Shown here piece after piece: positions 26,141 through 40,409 of a stretch of DNA of 64,000 nucleotides. Source of the stretch: Chiloscyllium plagiosum (lineage: Eukaryota). The DNA is taken from contig NC_057719.1 in the NCBI RefSeq assembly GCF_004010195.1, positions 68,041,873-68,105,872 of the forward strand. Direction: 5' to 3'. The first letter of the stretch is position 1. Each line of letters begins with the position of its first letter. The translations under genes and the position numbers were made by a program. The notes under the pieces were generated by a model that saw only the letters and a list, made by a program, of their open reading frames with translations, had not been told where the DNA came from and did no database searches.

Positions 26141-29100
26141 GATGAGCATCATAAAAAAACACAAATTGCAAATGTCACATGTATAAAGTAAGCTTAGTTT
26201 GATGATGCACTGTAAGATTTAACTTCATAAAGTCAGTGCGTTGAAGTGCTTATGTTAATAAGAAAAATAATGAACAATTCCAATCAATTATTCGAGCTTT
26301 GTTAGCAGCTGAGCTTACTGTGTTAAATTTCCTGGGTTAGTTTGTAAAATTTGACCATTCATTTCATTGAAAGATCTTCCTTTTTGGGAAAGTCCTCAGA
26401 TCATACCAGGGGTTCCAAAACAAACCCTTAGCAATCTAAGGGAAGGACCTGATCAAATGAAAAAAAAAATCACAATTTATATTTTCATATTAATGAGCAA
26501 TTTCAATATATGTTTTGCAGAGATAACTTCCAGGAAGGTCTTTATTCACTAGATTTATGATCATGTTAAATTAAATCATAAAAAAGGCATTATCACGTAT
26601 TCAGTTAAGAATGTACTGATGCCTAACAAACTGATGGAGAGACATGAAACAAGAATAACTAACAGAATCAAACAATCACATCCACAACTTATCAATTTTT
26701 AGCACAAATAAAATATTAATTTGTCAAAGTTTTCCACTGTTCTCATTTACAGTATGTGGAATAACTTTTAAATATAAAATCATAAGAAAAATTATGTGGA
26801 CAAAAATATGCTTTTCAAAGTAAACCGCTGTGTCTTGGAAAATAAAAGCCTTTCATATAAAACTGCAAGTAGTAAAATAATAACAATGTGCAATTTATAA
26901 ATGACATAAGAGTTGGTCAGGCAAAAAACAATTAATTTAAATAAATCAACAACATTGGATTGGATGCAGTCAAACATTGATAAGTTCTCTTTTTAAAAAA
27001 GGAACTTATAGAAATAAGAGATCTGTTATTTTAGTGCACGAGAGAGAATCCTATACAAAACAAACCATTTTTTGAAGAAATTGGCTTTCATTACAGCTGT
27101 TACATGGTAATAACAGTGATTATTGTTCAGACTGAATTCAGTCACCATTCAAATTGTGGTCAAAACAGCTTACAGCCAGTTCACCTTTCTACGATCACAT
27201 ATTCCTTCTGGTTTCAATTACGTGACACAAAAAGAATAAAAACATCTTTCACTAACACTTTCCCCAAATGAAAATAACCTGTGATCTGAACAGTGGTTCT
27301 AGGCTGCAATTTTTCTGTAGCCAGTAACTGCTTGCCTCTAATGTGCAACCCTAAAAAACACCCATCATCACTGGTAGAAGCAATTTGTAAAATTACCTGG
27401 TGCTGGCAAGCAGGGCTGTGTGATGGGTGTGGACTGGCTGGCTGCTGGAATCTGGAACAGCCTCCACCCACTACTCTGATGTAGATAAACCAACAGTTCC
27501 AGCTTTAATTATTGATCCATTAAAGGATGGCAGTAGCTCTCTAATACACACGCTGCCATTTCCTTCTTCTGAGACAGGTCAAAACATCACTCGTCATACG
27601 AATTCTGTTTAAATCTGGCTTCAATTTATTTTATGGTCTTTTCTAACCTTTGATTTAATCAACACCAGTGCTTATACAGCATTCAACAAATAGCAGTAAA
27701 TACAGATTTTGACTTCAGAAACAGTCGAACATGAGACTAACGCAGGTCAAGCACTAGTCTCTGTTTAGTTGATAAATGCTTTGCTAATCCAATCACTGGC
27801 GGAGAAAACTACACGCCATCAGCCAAGTGACCTGACCTAAGCTATACTAGATTTCACATGGGTAAAATTTAGAAAGATGTTTATCCCAAGCATTGACCTA
27901 GCCAAGACCTTGTTCGTGCCAGGCTGGCATTCTGGTAAACTGGAGTGAAAATGCTTGGCTCAAATCAGTACCACGTGCATCTAACTAACACAAACCATCA
28001 TTTAGAAACAAAGTGCACTGCAAAGATCAGTTATTCAGCAGTGCTCCAGGATATTATTACAACAAACTGGGGGAGATGTTAGCCAGATATTATCAGCATT
28101 TGTGGATGTATTTCACGTGTGCGCTTAATATTTTTAGCTGCTGCTAAATAAATGCAATTTCAGTGTATTTTTAGGAATTTGCTGCGGAAACATTTGTTCA
28201 ATTACCCATTTCATGGCTGATTGAGCTCTTTTAGAAAAAGATGCTGTAGGTCTTTTAAAGACATATGTCATTTATTAGAACTGGAAAGGGGCTGGATATA
28301 CAGTATCTGGAACAATGGGCCAGAAATAAATTAAGAAGGTTTTATGTTGGAAGCTAAATGCTTCAAAATAAAATTAAAATAGAATGTCAAGCTGATCATT
28401 AAAATTACTGCAATTTTTTTGCTTATAATTTATTTAAATGAAACTAGAAATCTTAATGTCAAAACAATGGGATTTTTACAAAATGTTCATAAAATAAACA
28501 AGACCAACTTTTCTGGTTGATTTGGAGAATGTTACTTTCATGGGAAAGATATATATATATTGTATAGCCCCTTTGTACTTTGAAACCAGTAGTTTATTCT
28601 GAACAGCCTATTAAGTATTACTGCCACAGTTTTGCTGCTGCTAAACTGCGAACCATAACTTCCAGGCTGCTGCAAAGCCATGCATGTGTGAAGCTTAGTG
28701 GTAACACTGATTCCAACAAAAGCAATTGGCTGCATTTAGATACACCAAAGTTGCCAATGTTTTGATGCTGTATAATTTACCTGTAAAAGTAGGTTTTCAT
28801 CACCCACAGGAATTAAATCAAAGTATCATCAGTGCTTTTATGTATAAATCAACATATGACTATCCTCTCAGGCAAATACTCAAACCAACCTCATTTGTCA
28901 CGTAAGTGAAGCACAGTACTCCAAGACATTCCGTGTGTCAGTTAAATATGTGTATTATAATTGATAAGTTGTATACAATGCTTAAACGTTAAAGGGGTAA
29001 AACATTTAATGTGTGTGTTTAAGGAGAAAGGGATTTAGTAAAGTTTTAAATGTCTGTTCGACCCGAGAACAGCATATTCTTTGTAGAGAGTGCACAGCAA

Positions 29101-32100
29101 AAATCAAATGGATAGGTTTACAACTATCTGAACTTGCCTAGTTAGGATTTTGCTTTGTGGGTATCCTCTGCTCTCGTAAGTATTCATACAGATTTTTAAC
29201 ATGATGTAATTGTTTCAATTTTATAGGATATTTTAGTTCTGTTTCTTTCCAGCATTGATCTGCCATTGTCTTTCATAGCACAGTATTATGATTATCACAG
29301 TATTGTAAAAAATTTACTTTTTAAAAAAGTTTATTCCAAAATAATTAACCATTGAATATTAGGACATAATATGGTTGGAATATTGTACAAAGTAATTTAG
29401 GATAAAAATATAATACAGTCTGAAAGGAAACGTTTACATAAAGATTATATTCCATTTGTTTATTTTAACATATGCAGCTAAAAGACATATCAAGGTTCTT
29501 AGATCAAACATAAACCACCAAGTTTAATATTCAGCAGTTGTCCACCTAGTAGGGAATCATCATCATAACTTCACTTAAACAAAATTCTTATGGCAATACT
29601 AGAAAATCACAATTTATGAAAATTTATTTAAAAAATTATTTTCTGAATAGGACATTAACAAAAGTGACACATCACTTCTTATGTTTCTTTGCAACCCGAG
29701 CAATTAGTTCCGCTGTGCAAAACTGTGCACAAGTGCAAGATCACAGTGCCTGGTCAGGGGTGAAGCATTGCACCAAAGTGGAAGCTTTGGAAGTGGGGAA
29801 GTCATTATGATGTAACTGACCGATATGAAACTGCTACCATAGTTCAGATATATTGTCAGGTTCCAGCCTCTAGCTGTTGTCTGATAGCCCTAAATACTTG
29901 ACAAACTGAAGGCCTTTCACTTTACGTTCAAATTGCCTCATCTCCCTGTCAGAGCGCCATGGGGGACTCCATTAGTTTTCCAACTCCTTTCCCCCCACTG
30001 ACAGTCATTTAGTTGGCTTCTTGTTGTGAAGGCTGTCCATGTCAAATTATCCAGGCCCCTATTGTCCTTATTACCACTAGAGAAGCCATCATGAGTAATG
30101 CTATGGGTCCCTCAGTTGTCACCATTTGTCAGGGGGGAAAAGAGTGTGGTTACATACAACTGACAGGTAATTTCAATGTCTAAAATTACCCCAATTACTC
30201 TTGTCATAAACAATTCGATAAATGCATGCCAATAAAAACAGATAAATACACCAAGGTCTTTTTTTATTAATGACTACAGTAATGAGTGAATCATTGATAT
30301 GATGCTCCTTCTCTTCTAACTATGCTCAGCTGTGTGCTGGCAGTTGGTACCTGGTCAGCACAAATTGTGCCTTCTACTTTCATTATCCCATCAGTGAAAG
30401 AGAGTTTGAAAGGCCGTGACAAAATTAATTTAAGGGGAAAAAAATGGAGTGCCTAAAGCAGGTGTTAAGATAAAGATTTTCATTTGCTAGGTCAGTTCTA
30501 TGCAGAGATGAAAAGAAAACTATGACTACTGCTGGTGAATTTCACAGATGTCAGAAAGATAAGGTCTCTGTGCTTGTATTTCTTTATGTTTGAATACAAG
30601 GAAGCTTGCAATAAAGCTAGTGGAGATAAAACAGCCATTAACAGTTTGCATGTTTTTGATACACCATCTAACAAATGTATACAATGTGGTGTCATTAAAA
30701 TTTACAAAAATAACAATTACATAAATGTCATTCCTCAATACAACCTAATCTTTGATAATAAGTCTGTAAAAAAATGAATGTAAGTACTGTTATAGCTGGA
30801 ATTAAATCTTTAGGTTGCATATTTTTAAAAACCCTCTCTATTTGCTGCTGTTTGACTTTTAGTCATGATCGCTGGCATGAATTGCACCCTGTCTCTTTGC
30901 TGACCGCAGTATGAAGTGATGGCTGAAAAACCCATCCGAGGGAAGTTGTTACAGGAAATTGCTCTTGGCAACTATTTGTTCAAGAATCAGAATTATTTTT
31001 TAAAAAACTAACACTGGGAATAGGGTGGAAAACAGGACAGGTTTCCTTAATGAGTAATCTATTTTGGTGCATTCCTGTCTGGACATGACAGTTAACCGAG
31101 AGCCCTGAAAAACTTGTAATTACCAGCGTTACAGGGCAATTAATGCATATTACACTGCACTACTCATGGCAGCAACTGTCATTTTCTCAATAAAAATGAA
31201 TAGTCTTCAGCTAAAGGTGACATTAATTGGTCCTTTAATGAGTATGCAGCAAAGCCAAAGCCAAATATGAACAAAACAGCAATTCAATGAGCGACTTCTG
31301 GCACTAGAAAATTGCAATAAATGAGACTAATTGCTGTTTAGAAAAAAAACTTTAAAAAGCTATTAAATGCAAGATTTGAATGCTGAAGTCTAAAGAGATG
31401 GTTATGATGTTAATCCTGGGTTCTCCGAGCAGACAAAAATATTCAGCAAATTCCAAGCTTCTGACAGCAGGAGATGTTCCACAAATCATGTATGCACACC
31501 ATATCCATCAAAAGCTATATTCCTGCTTTTATCAGTTTTCAGAATACTTTGGCAATTGCAGAAATCATTGCTCAGTTTCTGGGCTGTCATCTATGTAAAT
31601 GTGAATACTGTCAATATTTCAGCAAAAAAAGCTTTGCTTCAAAAGGGGTAAGGAAGTACTAATATAGATCATAGTGAACTGTATTAGCATTGCAGAATGC
31701 ATACAGTAACATAAAGGCATAGTAAAGCTCAAAGAACTAACACTTAATGTTTTGCCAATGGTGAGTTTGAAAAAGTTGCTATTAACAGTTCATTTGATTA
31801 GGTTATCCAAATAAAAATTACATTTCTGAATTATCTTCATTAGTTATTTTTAAAAGGGGGGATGATTTGTCCACACATCACAAATATATAAAGGTTGAAA
31901 GTTCTCAGTCAAACTGTTATTAAAATATCAACCAATATTGTGATTTCGCATCAGAAGCTTTTCAATGGGCTCTCTTATTTCTGTTATTCATAAATAATAC
32001 ATTTTGCTTTCCTGGTCAAAATTCACCATTCTTAGCAGCATTCATAATTTCATCGTTAAAACTTTTTAAAAAATCAGATATTGTCAGTTGGTATGTATAA

Positions 32101-34918
32101 ACACTAAAAACACAATTAACAGTGTGCTGTTTATAATGTTACTTAAATTTCAGATAGAAGAGACTAGAGTAGCTTTCCTTGCCCTGTACCAAATGTACTT
32201 TTCAAATACTGTACATTTCAATTAGTTCAGCCTGCTTCAACGTATCACTAAATTCCTTAACCCTTGACAAAAATATTTACATTTGTGACAAACAGTACTT
32301 GATACAACAAGATGAAACCCAAGTTTTCAAAATGCTGTGACACCAGGAATAATTCTATTTCCATTTAATTCCTCTATTGTCTTTTTGTCGTCTTTGAATG
32401 ATCATATCTCACTAGCATACAAATCTATTTTCTTTGTTTTCAGCAATCATTGTATCCAAAACTAACAGATATAAACTGAGTTTATGTCTTTAAAAATGAA
32501 AGCAGCAATAATAAATTGTTTTCAGTGAACTCTCAATGTATGAAAAAAAATGCTAAAGTAGATTTCCAAACAAATGTCAGCTGTTAACATGCAACTGTTT
32601 GCAGACAAATACAGAACATTATACTGAAAATACAACAAAATCAATGTTTCTTTTAAATACCCGACTTAACGTCCTAATGGGCCTTTGCCAATATGTCATA
32701 TCTTTGATTTTGAGGGCAGAAAAGTTAGCTGCACACTTCAAGATGATGTCTACAGTGTTGCTGCTATATGTTAAACTCAAAGTCATGTTCCTGTCAGCAG
32801 TGGTTCTTTAACCCAAATTCCTGCTTCACTACCTCTATCCATATCGCCTTATATGCCAGTTGATAAAGTAAATGATTTGTCATTATTGAGATGTGCTCAG
32901 AAGTTAGTATTTTCACAGGTTTTATGTGTAAGATTATTGTACTCAGGTAGTAAACTTACTATATTTAAGTGTAGAATTTTTAGAATGTGTTGCATCATGT
33001 AAAATCATTTGGCCTTCTGATATGTGACGAACCTTTTAGAAATGTTCAACCTGGAATGCACATTTAGAAGTATAGCACCGTGAACAAAGCACGAGATTGA
33101 TAAATACAACAGGACTATGCAAGAAAATTAGAGAGTTCAAACCTAAATCCTTCATGTTCAAAAAGGAAAAACAAAAAAATGAACTGAAACAAAATCATTG
33201 AATACGTGTTAAACTGGAATATTTCAATAGAAACTTTAAATTTAGGTTAAAGAAAATAATGTGTAGATCTCTGCACATTGGCTCGGTGATTTTATATCCT
33301 CTTGTCAAACCTCTGCAGTTTTATTTGCAGTGATACATGAATGAGAAGGTTGGAGGTTAAAGTTGATATTCAGGCCAACAGGAAAGCAGACAAACCAGAT
33401 TCAGGAGGTTACAATGATTAGTACATTAAGACTTGTCCACAACCGTTACTAACTAAGAAAGTCCACATTTTGTGCAGTAGGCAATTTATATTATGATACT
33501 GAATGATCCAATCGAAAGTTGCAATTAGCTGACCTCTTGTTTCAACAAAGTCAACTGTTTAACCTTCTGAGCACTAAGACATTTTCATGCTTTTATTTAA
33601 AATGACAACTTCTTGACAAGGTAATGAAACAAAACTAGTTGAAGAGGGATGTGGTAAAATATCTGTTCTTTTGTTTATGCTATTTAATCATGCTTGATGG
33701 GTGAATTGCTGTTTAGCAGAATACCCTGCGCCTTAGTAGATATAAAATTATTTCTCTAAAACAAAATTGAATTGCTTACAAATTGAAACAAATTTATTAA
33801 AAATGCGTTAAAAGGAAATAACAATTTTTTTTTCCTCGGTGGAATGGTACCTTTAAGAAATAAGTTTGTTATCAAAAAAAGGACAGTCTTGCAAGACCTT
33901 GCAGTTTGTGCATTTCACCACGACGACTAACTGGCCAGTGTAATTGATTGCTGTGCACTGAGGTGAAGGCAAACAGTGCTAACAAATCTACACAGGAAAG
34001 GACAAGGTTGTGGAAGGGACATCGGGCTCTAAAACAAGAATAAGTCAGGGTTATTTATAAACAACAGACTGTGCTGTCTACAAGCTTGCCAACAGCAATA
34101 CCATTCAAACCACACCAAAGCAGTTGCCTATCAATTAGTCTGACTTGAAGGTGCTCCATAGCTGAGAGCCATAAAGAAAAAAAAGCACATCTTTGACTTT
34201 TCACTGAATAATTTATAAGAAGTAAAAACAAAAGGTGTTGCAGATCAGATTTCTATCATTACGGACTGTAAGAGAGAGATGTCGGGTTATTGTGGAACCA
34301 CTTGCAGAACTTTAATTCCATACCTATTCTGCAAGATTTTATTCCTTTAACAGGATTCTGGACAAAGTTCAATATAAAGGCATTCCTGGGCTTATCTACA
34401 GAACAGAACATGGATTAAACTTTAATTAAATATATTTTACTGTAAAGCCTTCAAAGACCCAAAATGGAGCATCGCATTATATTACTCCTGGCAGTTCTTT
34501 GAATCACGCATGAATGCTCATTTTTAACCTTCAGTGTACCATTGAAGGATCATCTGCTGAGAGACTTGCACTTTCTCTCTCCCCTTGCCCTGTAATTAAG
34601 GCTTTTAATGCATTTCACTGTCACTTACTACAAAGCTAGCTGTGTGTGTGTACGTAAAATGAACCACTTAAGAGTTTTACTTGAGAATTCTTTAAAAATG
34701 TGTTAGAATACCATTTATTTCCTCTTAAAAAAAATCCAAGATAATTTAAAATGAAAAGCGGGTGGTTGAGAATTGTTCCTGGGCAAGATTTCATTTTGAC
34801 TATCCTATATCGTACAAACCAAAACCATCTGAACAGTGTAATAAAAGAAGCAAATTTGCTACCAACTTTTAACTACCTTTTCATGCTTATTTTGTTTACT
34901 TCAAACATATCAAATATA

Positions 34919-35020
34919 GCACGGTTCAAGAAGGTAGCTCTCTACCACCTTCTCAAGGCCAACTAGGGACGGGCAATAAATTCTGGCCAGCCAGTGATGC
35001 ACACATCCCATAAAATGAAT
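34919..35020 (+). mobile_element. CR1-like LINE 3' end
   Basis: cggttcaagaaggtagctc..accaccttctcaaggccaactagggacgggcaataaa..cacatcccataaaatgaat. Confidence 0.75.
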
Positions 35021-37088
35021 GTTTTTTTTGTTATTTATAAGTCATGTCCTCTTAATATTTAAAATTATGATTTTTGATGCCATGATTATGCTTAACAACC
35101 AATGAGTAAGAATGTATTTTCGTATGACCAACGTATTTTATTAAAGATATATTATGTCTCACAACTCAAATGTGGGCAGTTCAATTATTTGATTTTTTTC
35201 CAAAATGCAACCACGATTTGACAGATCAGTTTATTTGACTTGGCCTAACAAAGAAATACACTGCCTATGAGATGAACTGCTTTAAAAACAATCCTTGTAA
35301 CAACTAATTAATGGAGAATAGTTTATTTTTGTGCCAAGTTTTACTTTTTTTTTGGATAAATCCACAGTACATTATCCCTTTGGAGGACAGCAAGAGCATT
35401 TCTGCACCAGTATGAGAAATGAAAAGTTCAAATTTTATATGATTATAATAAATCAAGCAAAGTTCCTTTCCATGTCTACAATTCTGCTGTGAAGATCCAC
35501 CATACTTAAAATGTTTAATAGACCATTTTTGTGGATGCTATGTTATCAAAAGCTGAAAAGATTTCCATTTCACAAGGCATCACAGTATTTTGTTAAATAC
35601 TGAAAAGTACATGAAATCAAAATTCACAATCAAGATCTTTAGCTTCACCATAAAATTCTTCATACGTGAAAGGTTTCATGAGGGTTTGCATATGTTTATG
35701 TTCCAGTAACAGTGAGAATAATCTGTATTTGACTAATACATTGAGAGTTGTCAGATATTTCCTAAAAATAATTTAGATTCAACACAAAACGGATTTATAT
35801 AAGTTAATCACATTTACAGGCATCTTCAGTACATGCCACCAGCAAAATAAATATTTCACTGCACTTTATATTAAATCTTCAACCCCGCCCCCCAATATAA
35901 CAATGTATTAAAAACTTTCCCATAAACACAAGTTTTGCAAGACACACTTTGTTTTTACTGTTTTTTTAAAAAAACACTATTAAAAAAAAACTTGCTTGTT
36001 TCTTTTGTGTGGGTATAATTCAATTCATTATCCATCCATATAGCAAAGTCATACTACATTAGTCACTTCCAGACAGAATTCAGCAATGATAAATACTGTT
36101 GATCATATCATCAAGTGAAAACTGGAAAGTCACCACTGAAACAAACAGGACACTTTGCACCAAGTGTCATAAATTTCAAAAAATCTGACAAAAAAAATAT
36201 TGTAAGTTAATTCTTCAGTTATCAAAAAGAAAAATGAATCATGCAATTTGCACTTTCTTGAGTGAGGAACAGTGATACGTGGATTCACGTATGCAGTGAT
36301 TTGCTGCCTAACTAAAGCAATAAGAATTTCCCAGCTACACTCAGTGACATTCTAGCCAGATATATGGACTAAATTGTCTGATTTTGACATGCATCGTACT
36401 GAAAGTATCTTAATACTCTGTCTATCCTCTTCCAAACACCTACATTGAAAACCAGTCTGAAATCCAAAATGCTACCTCAGAATACTGAGCATATGAAAGG
36501 CTTCTGAATTTTACAATATTCAGGCAAGTTTCAAGCGAGGAAAGGCAAAATAATCATAGAATACACTCAGTAAACTATTAATCCTTCAGTCCACCTTCAA
36601 TATCAGTCTATTACTGCCAGAAATATTGACGCTCGGTAGAAATAATTTCCAACAGGGTTTTAACAATAATTTTAATAATTTTCAGCACTAAAAAATATTT
36701 ACTATTCTCAAAGAAACTTATTCAACACAAGCTGTTAATATTAAGGAAACACATGCATTTTCTGCTGTGTACTTTTATTATTTTGCATAGTGTATCTGTT
36801 GAGTGTACAGTAAAGGGAAGTACACAATCATCCAAAACATGAAGATGTTCGTTTTTATCCATAATAATTTGTCATAGCATAAAGCTGAAGAAAATGCACT
36901 TATAAACTTCTGAAGAGAAAACAACTCTTCAATTTTTTTTGTTTGGATTAGATTAGGAACAGGACAGAATCTATGGATCCCTATGTCCAAGTGGCAATTC
37001 TTCTCTCTTAGAAACTAGCTTTGGCTATAATTGGGTGCAAAAGTGGCAGGTGCATCAATTACCTGGATAGGGAACATGCAAAATTGGC

Positions 37089-37630
37089 TCAAAAACAGAA
37101 TATGCTGAGGGATTCAGCAGATCTGGCAGTATCTGTGGAGAGAAAGCAGAGTTAACGTTTCAAGTTCAGTGACCCTTGTTCAGAAGTGGACTCACAATGT
37201 TAACTCTGTTTCCACTCCACAGATGCTGCCAGACCTGCTAAGTTCCTCCACCACTTTTGGTTTTTTTGTTTCAGACTTCCACGGTGGGCGGCACAGTGGC
37301 ACAGTGGTTAGCACTGCTGCCTCACAGCGCCAGAGACCCGGGTTCAATTCCCGCCTCAGGAGACTGACTGTGTGTAGTTTGCACGTTCTCCCCGTGTCTG
37401 CGTGGGTTTCCTCCGGGTGCTCCGGTTTCCGCCCACAGTCCAAAGATGTGCAGGTCAGGTAAATTGGCCATGCTAAATTACCTGTAGTGTTAGGTAAGGG
37501 GTAAATGCAGGGGTATGGGTGGGTTGCGCTTCGGCGGGGCAGTGTGGACTTGTTGGACCGAAGGGCCTGTTTCCACACTGTAAGTAATCTAATCTAATTT
37601 AATCTAATCCACAGTTCTTTGCTTTATTTT
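37089..37630. mobile_element. Penelope-like fold-back insertion (third family) with nested HE1 SINE
   Basis: Inverted arms (ctggcagtatctgtggagagaaagcagagttaac / gttaactctgtttccactccacagatgctgccag); 13-bp TSD atgcaaaattRgc at 37076-37088 and 37631-37643; decayed minus-strand hammerhead at 37151-37185. Confidence 0.8.
37286..37609 (+). mobile_element. HE1-type V-SINE
   Basis: A-box/B-box tRNA head, V-domain core, tail gttggaccgaagggcctgtttccacactgtaag(taatc)n. Confidence 0.92.
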
Positions 37631-39039
37631 ATGCAAAATTAGCATCTCCACTTCATGTGCTTTGAATAGGGAGATTACTCATAAACAATTCACTTGTTTG
37701 GAGGAGTGATGGATCAGGAATCTCACCTCCTGACTGCATTTAAAGGAAGGCTGTACTTTTTTAAAAAAAGGGAGGTACATTGAGGCTGTACCCTGTCACA
37801 ATTACGAAACTGCATCCTGTCACAATTGGTGGGAGGCAGCAGAAAAGTTGATAAGATAGTCCACAGTTTTAAACATTGTTTTAGAGGATTTATATAAAGG
37901 TGGTCAGAAATATATTCTTTCCAGCTAATGGGAAGACACATGCAGGACCCCTGTGGGGAGAGCAGGTCAGTGATAAAAGCATTTCACAAAGATTATGGTT
38001 GCAATCCTGGTTTAAAAAAAAACACTGACCTGACAAGGGCTGTTTAATTTTGCACAATCTCATACTTCCCATTCCCTATTTCATCCTACATTGCCTGTAG
38101 CCCCCAGGCCTCACAATCCTGCCCTCTCCTTCTTCTCAACACATCTGATTACTACAGCACAATTTACTCCAGCTTCTTTTATTGTCAAAATAACATTTAG
38201 CACCTGCAACTGTCCTCATTACCACACCTGCTCATGCACACCACCGTTTACACAAACCTCAAATGATTTGATCCTGATATGCACATCCTCAAAACTACTG
38301 ATTAGACTTGAAAACAAACCACCTTCATTCTTTTAGGAAATGCTGCTACAAAGGCAAAGATAGGAGGCAAAGAGAAGAGGAAGGTTACTGTCTATTCACA
38401 AGCACTCATCCTGCAGGATTACTTACTATTTTTCTTTCTTTCCACTGAAATATCAACCTTTCACAGAATGCATGATGAAGTGCTTGTGTTCTGAGTTGTT
38501 GCTCAATTCTGAACTATGTTCCTTTCAGGTTCAACAGGACCAGAAAAGAGGAGGACAGTTCTCTAAAAGAAGCATTGCTTTACATATTAATAGTGAGTAC
38601 CAACTTGGAGATGGGCACTGTGTACTTTTGAGACATAATTAAATGGATGATCACTAGGAGACTCCCTTTCGGACAAGGACACAAAAAAATTGGTGATAAG
38701 ACAGTCCAGTAAGAATTTTGCTATAAGGCAAGCTTGCATCCTAGATCTTCTGTAAATTGTACAGATGAAGAATTTAAAGGCCCAGATGACACGTAACAAA
38801 CAATTATAATGCCCTTGTCAACCTGACGATAAGCTTGCACACAATGGTAAATAGCATGGAGGAGTTGTGAGAGGTCTTGGTACACAACACCAAGTTAATG
38901 TGGTTAACCATAGGCAGCTGGTCAGCTCTATGAATGGTGGGATTCAATGATGGAGTTACTGGTGGTGCTCTGGCATCTCACTTTGGTCTGGATTCCAGCA
39001 TCTTCTCTGGTTTTCAAAGTATGCCAGCGACAGCTCAGT

Positions 39040-39435
39040 AAGAAGCAACCTTGCCTGAGTCAAAAGACTGTGTGGCCAAGACTCAGTCCAGAAACTGAGC
39101 AGATAATCTATTACAGTATTCTACTGTGGGGAATGCTACACTGTTGGAGATGCTAGTTTTCAGATGAGTCATTAAACTGAGGCCCAGCATGGACTGAAAA
39201 AAATCTTATAGATCTATTTCAAATCTTAACAGGGGAGCTCTTGTCCTTAATCAGGTAAAGAAACATTGATGATTTGACAACTTATCTCACTCCTTTCTAT
39301 CAGCATTTGTTTTGCTCATCATCACGTTTCCATAATTACTTAGATGAATACACTTCAAATTAAGTCCCTGTAAAACACTTTCAGATGCCCTGGAGCCATG
39401 AAAAACATTAAAGTTACATGAAAGAAATCTTTCAA
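39040..39435 (+). mobile_element. Decayed Deu-domain SINE (SacSINE1-like)
   Basis: ctgagtcaaaagactgtgtgg..ccagaaactgagc..gggaatgctacactgttggagatgctagttttcagatgagtcattaaactgaggccc; L2-like tail acacttcaaa..taaaacactttcagatg. Confidence 0.6.
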
Positions 39436-40163
39436 GAGACTTGGAAAGGGACAAGTCATTCCTGAACTCGTGATCTTGTTGATCCATCTTGTTCCCACAT
39501 ACTGACCAGCTTCAAAAGTCCAATTCCCATTTTCAATGTTTTACTTCTTTATGGCCTTGTTCCTCCCTGACTTAGTTCCTCGAATCCTGAACTCTGTTTC
39601 AGTACAGGACAGTGGGGATTACTGAGGTTGAGCTCTACAAATGGCATCAAGGGAGAAGTGCGTGCTTTTTATGCCATTACCATTTCATTGCCATCATTCA
39701 CATGGTAAGGAGATGCCCTTTGTTTCTGGATCTTGAATGTTAAGCTAATGACCTGAATCCGGGAGGCAGTAAGGAAAGTATACATGACTACTGCACAATG
39801 TAGACATTATGACTACTAACTGGAAACTGACTGTTAAACATAATATCTTTCCTGTCTAGATATAATAACAAGGACATTCAAGGAGAGGCATCCCGTCCAA
39901 TTCACAAATAACTTTCATGTGGAGGCTGCAAAACAAGGTACATAACCATTTGATGTTTGTACTTGTGGGAAGCCACCTGTGGAAGCCACTGTGGAAGTTA
40001 TACTTTCACTTATCAGCATGTGCAACTTTAATACTGCTTGTGTAATACTAATACTCACTTATAGGGATCTTTTGTTGTCAGAAGTTTGCTACAATACGAA
40101 TTTTGTCATTCTTCAAGTAATGGCAAACCGCTCATGTGACAATTTAGGAATTGTCCAAATTGT

Positions 40164-40230
40164 CCTTCCAGCTCAGCGAACAAACTTACATCCAGAACCT
40201 CAACCTGAGCTACAAATCTCAAAACTCGCT
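40164..40230 (+). mobile_element. 3' terminal fragment of another shark repeat (probably Penelope-like)
   Basis: ccttccagctcagcgaacaaacttacatccagaacctcaacctgagctacaaatctcaaaactcgct, recognised as a recurrent shark repeat end. Confidence 0.45.
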
Positions 40231-40409
40231 ACTTAGGTTAAGATTAAATTCTATCCACTGATCATCGTACCTTCTTCAAACTAATCGTGAAGATCACCTG
40301 GATCAATAGGAAATGTGTAAGTGCAACTTCCAAGTCACTGATGTGAAGATTTTTGAATAAACCTTGATGATACGAATCTAGCCTCAAATAAAAATGGGGA
40401 AAATTTTAC

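Noticed and set aside
37286..37360. tRNA-like sequence (also 1505-1578 and 56658-56730)
   Set aside because: These are SINE heads continuous with SINE bodies; no intact cloverleaf tRNA gene.
1262..37609. Two near-identical HE1 SINEs in inverted orientation as a dsRNA/circRNA pair
   Set aside because: They are 36 kb apart, one lies beyond the predicted CDIN1 3' end, and the family is abundant, so the pairing is expected by chance.
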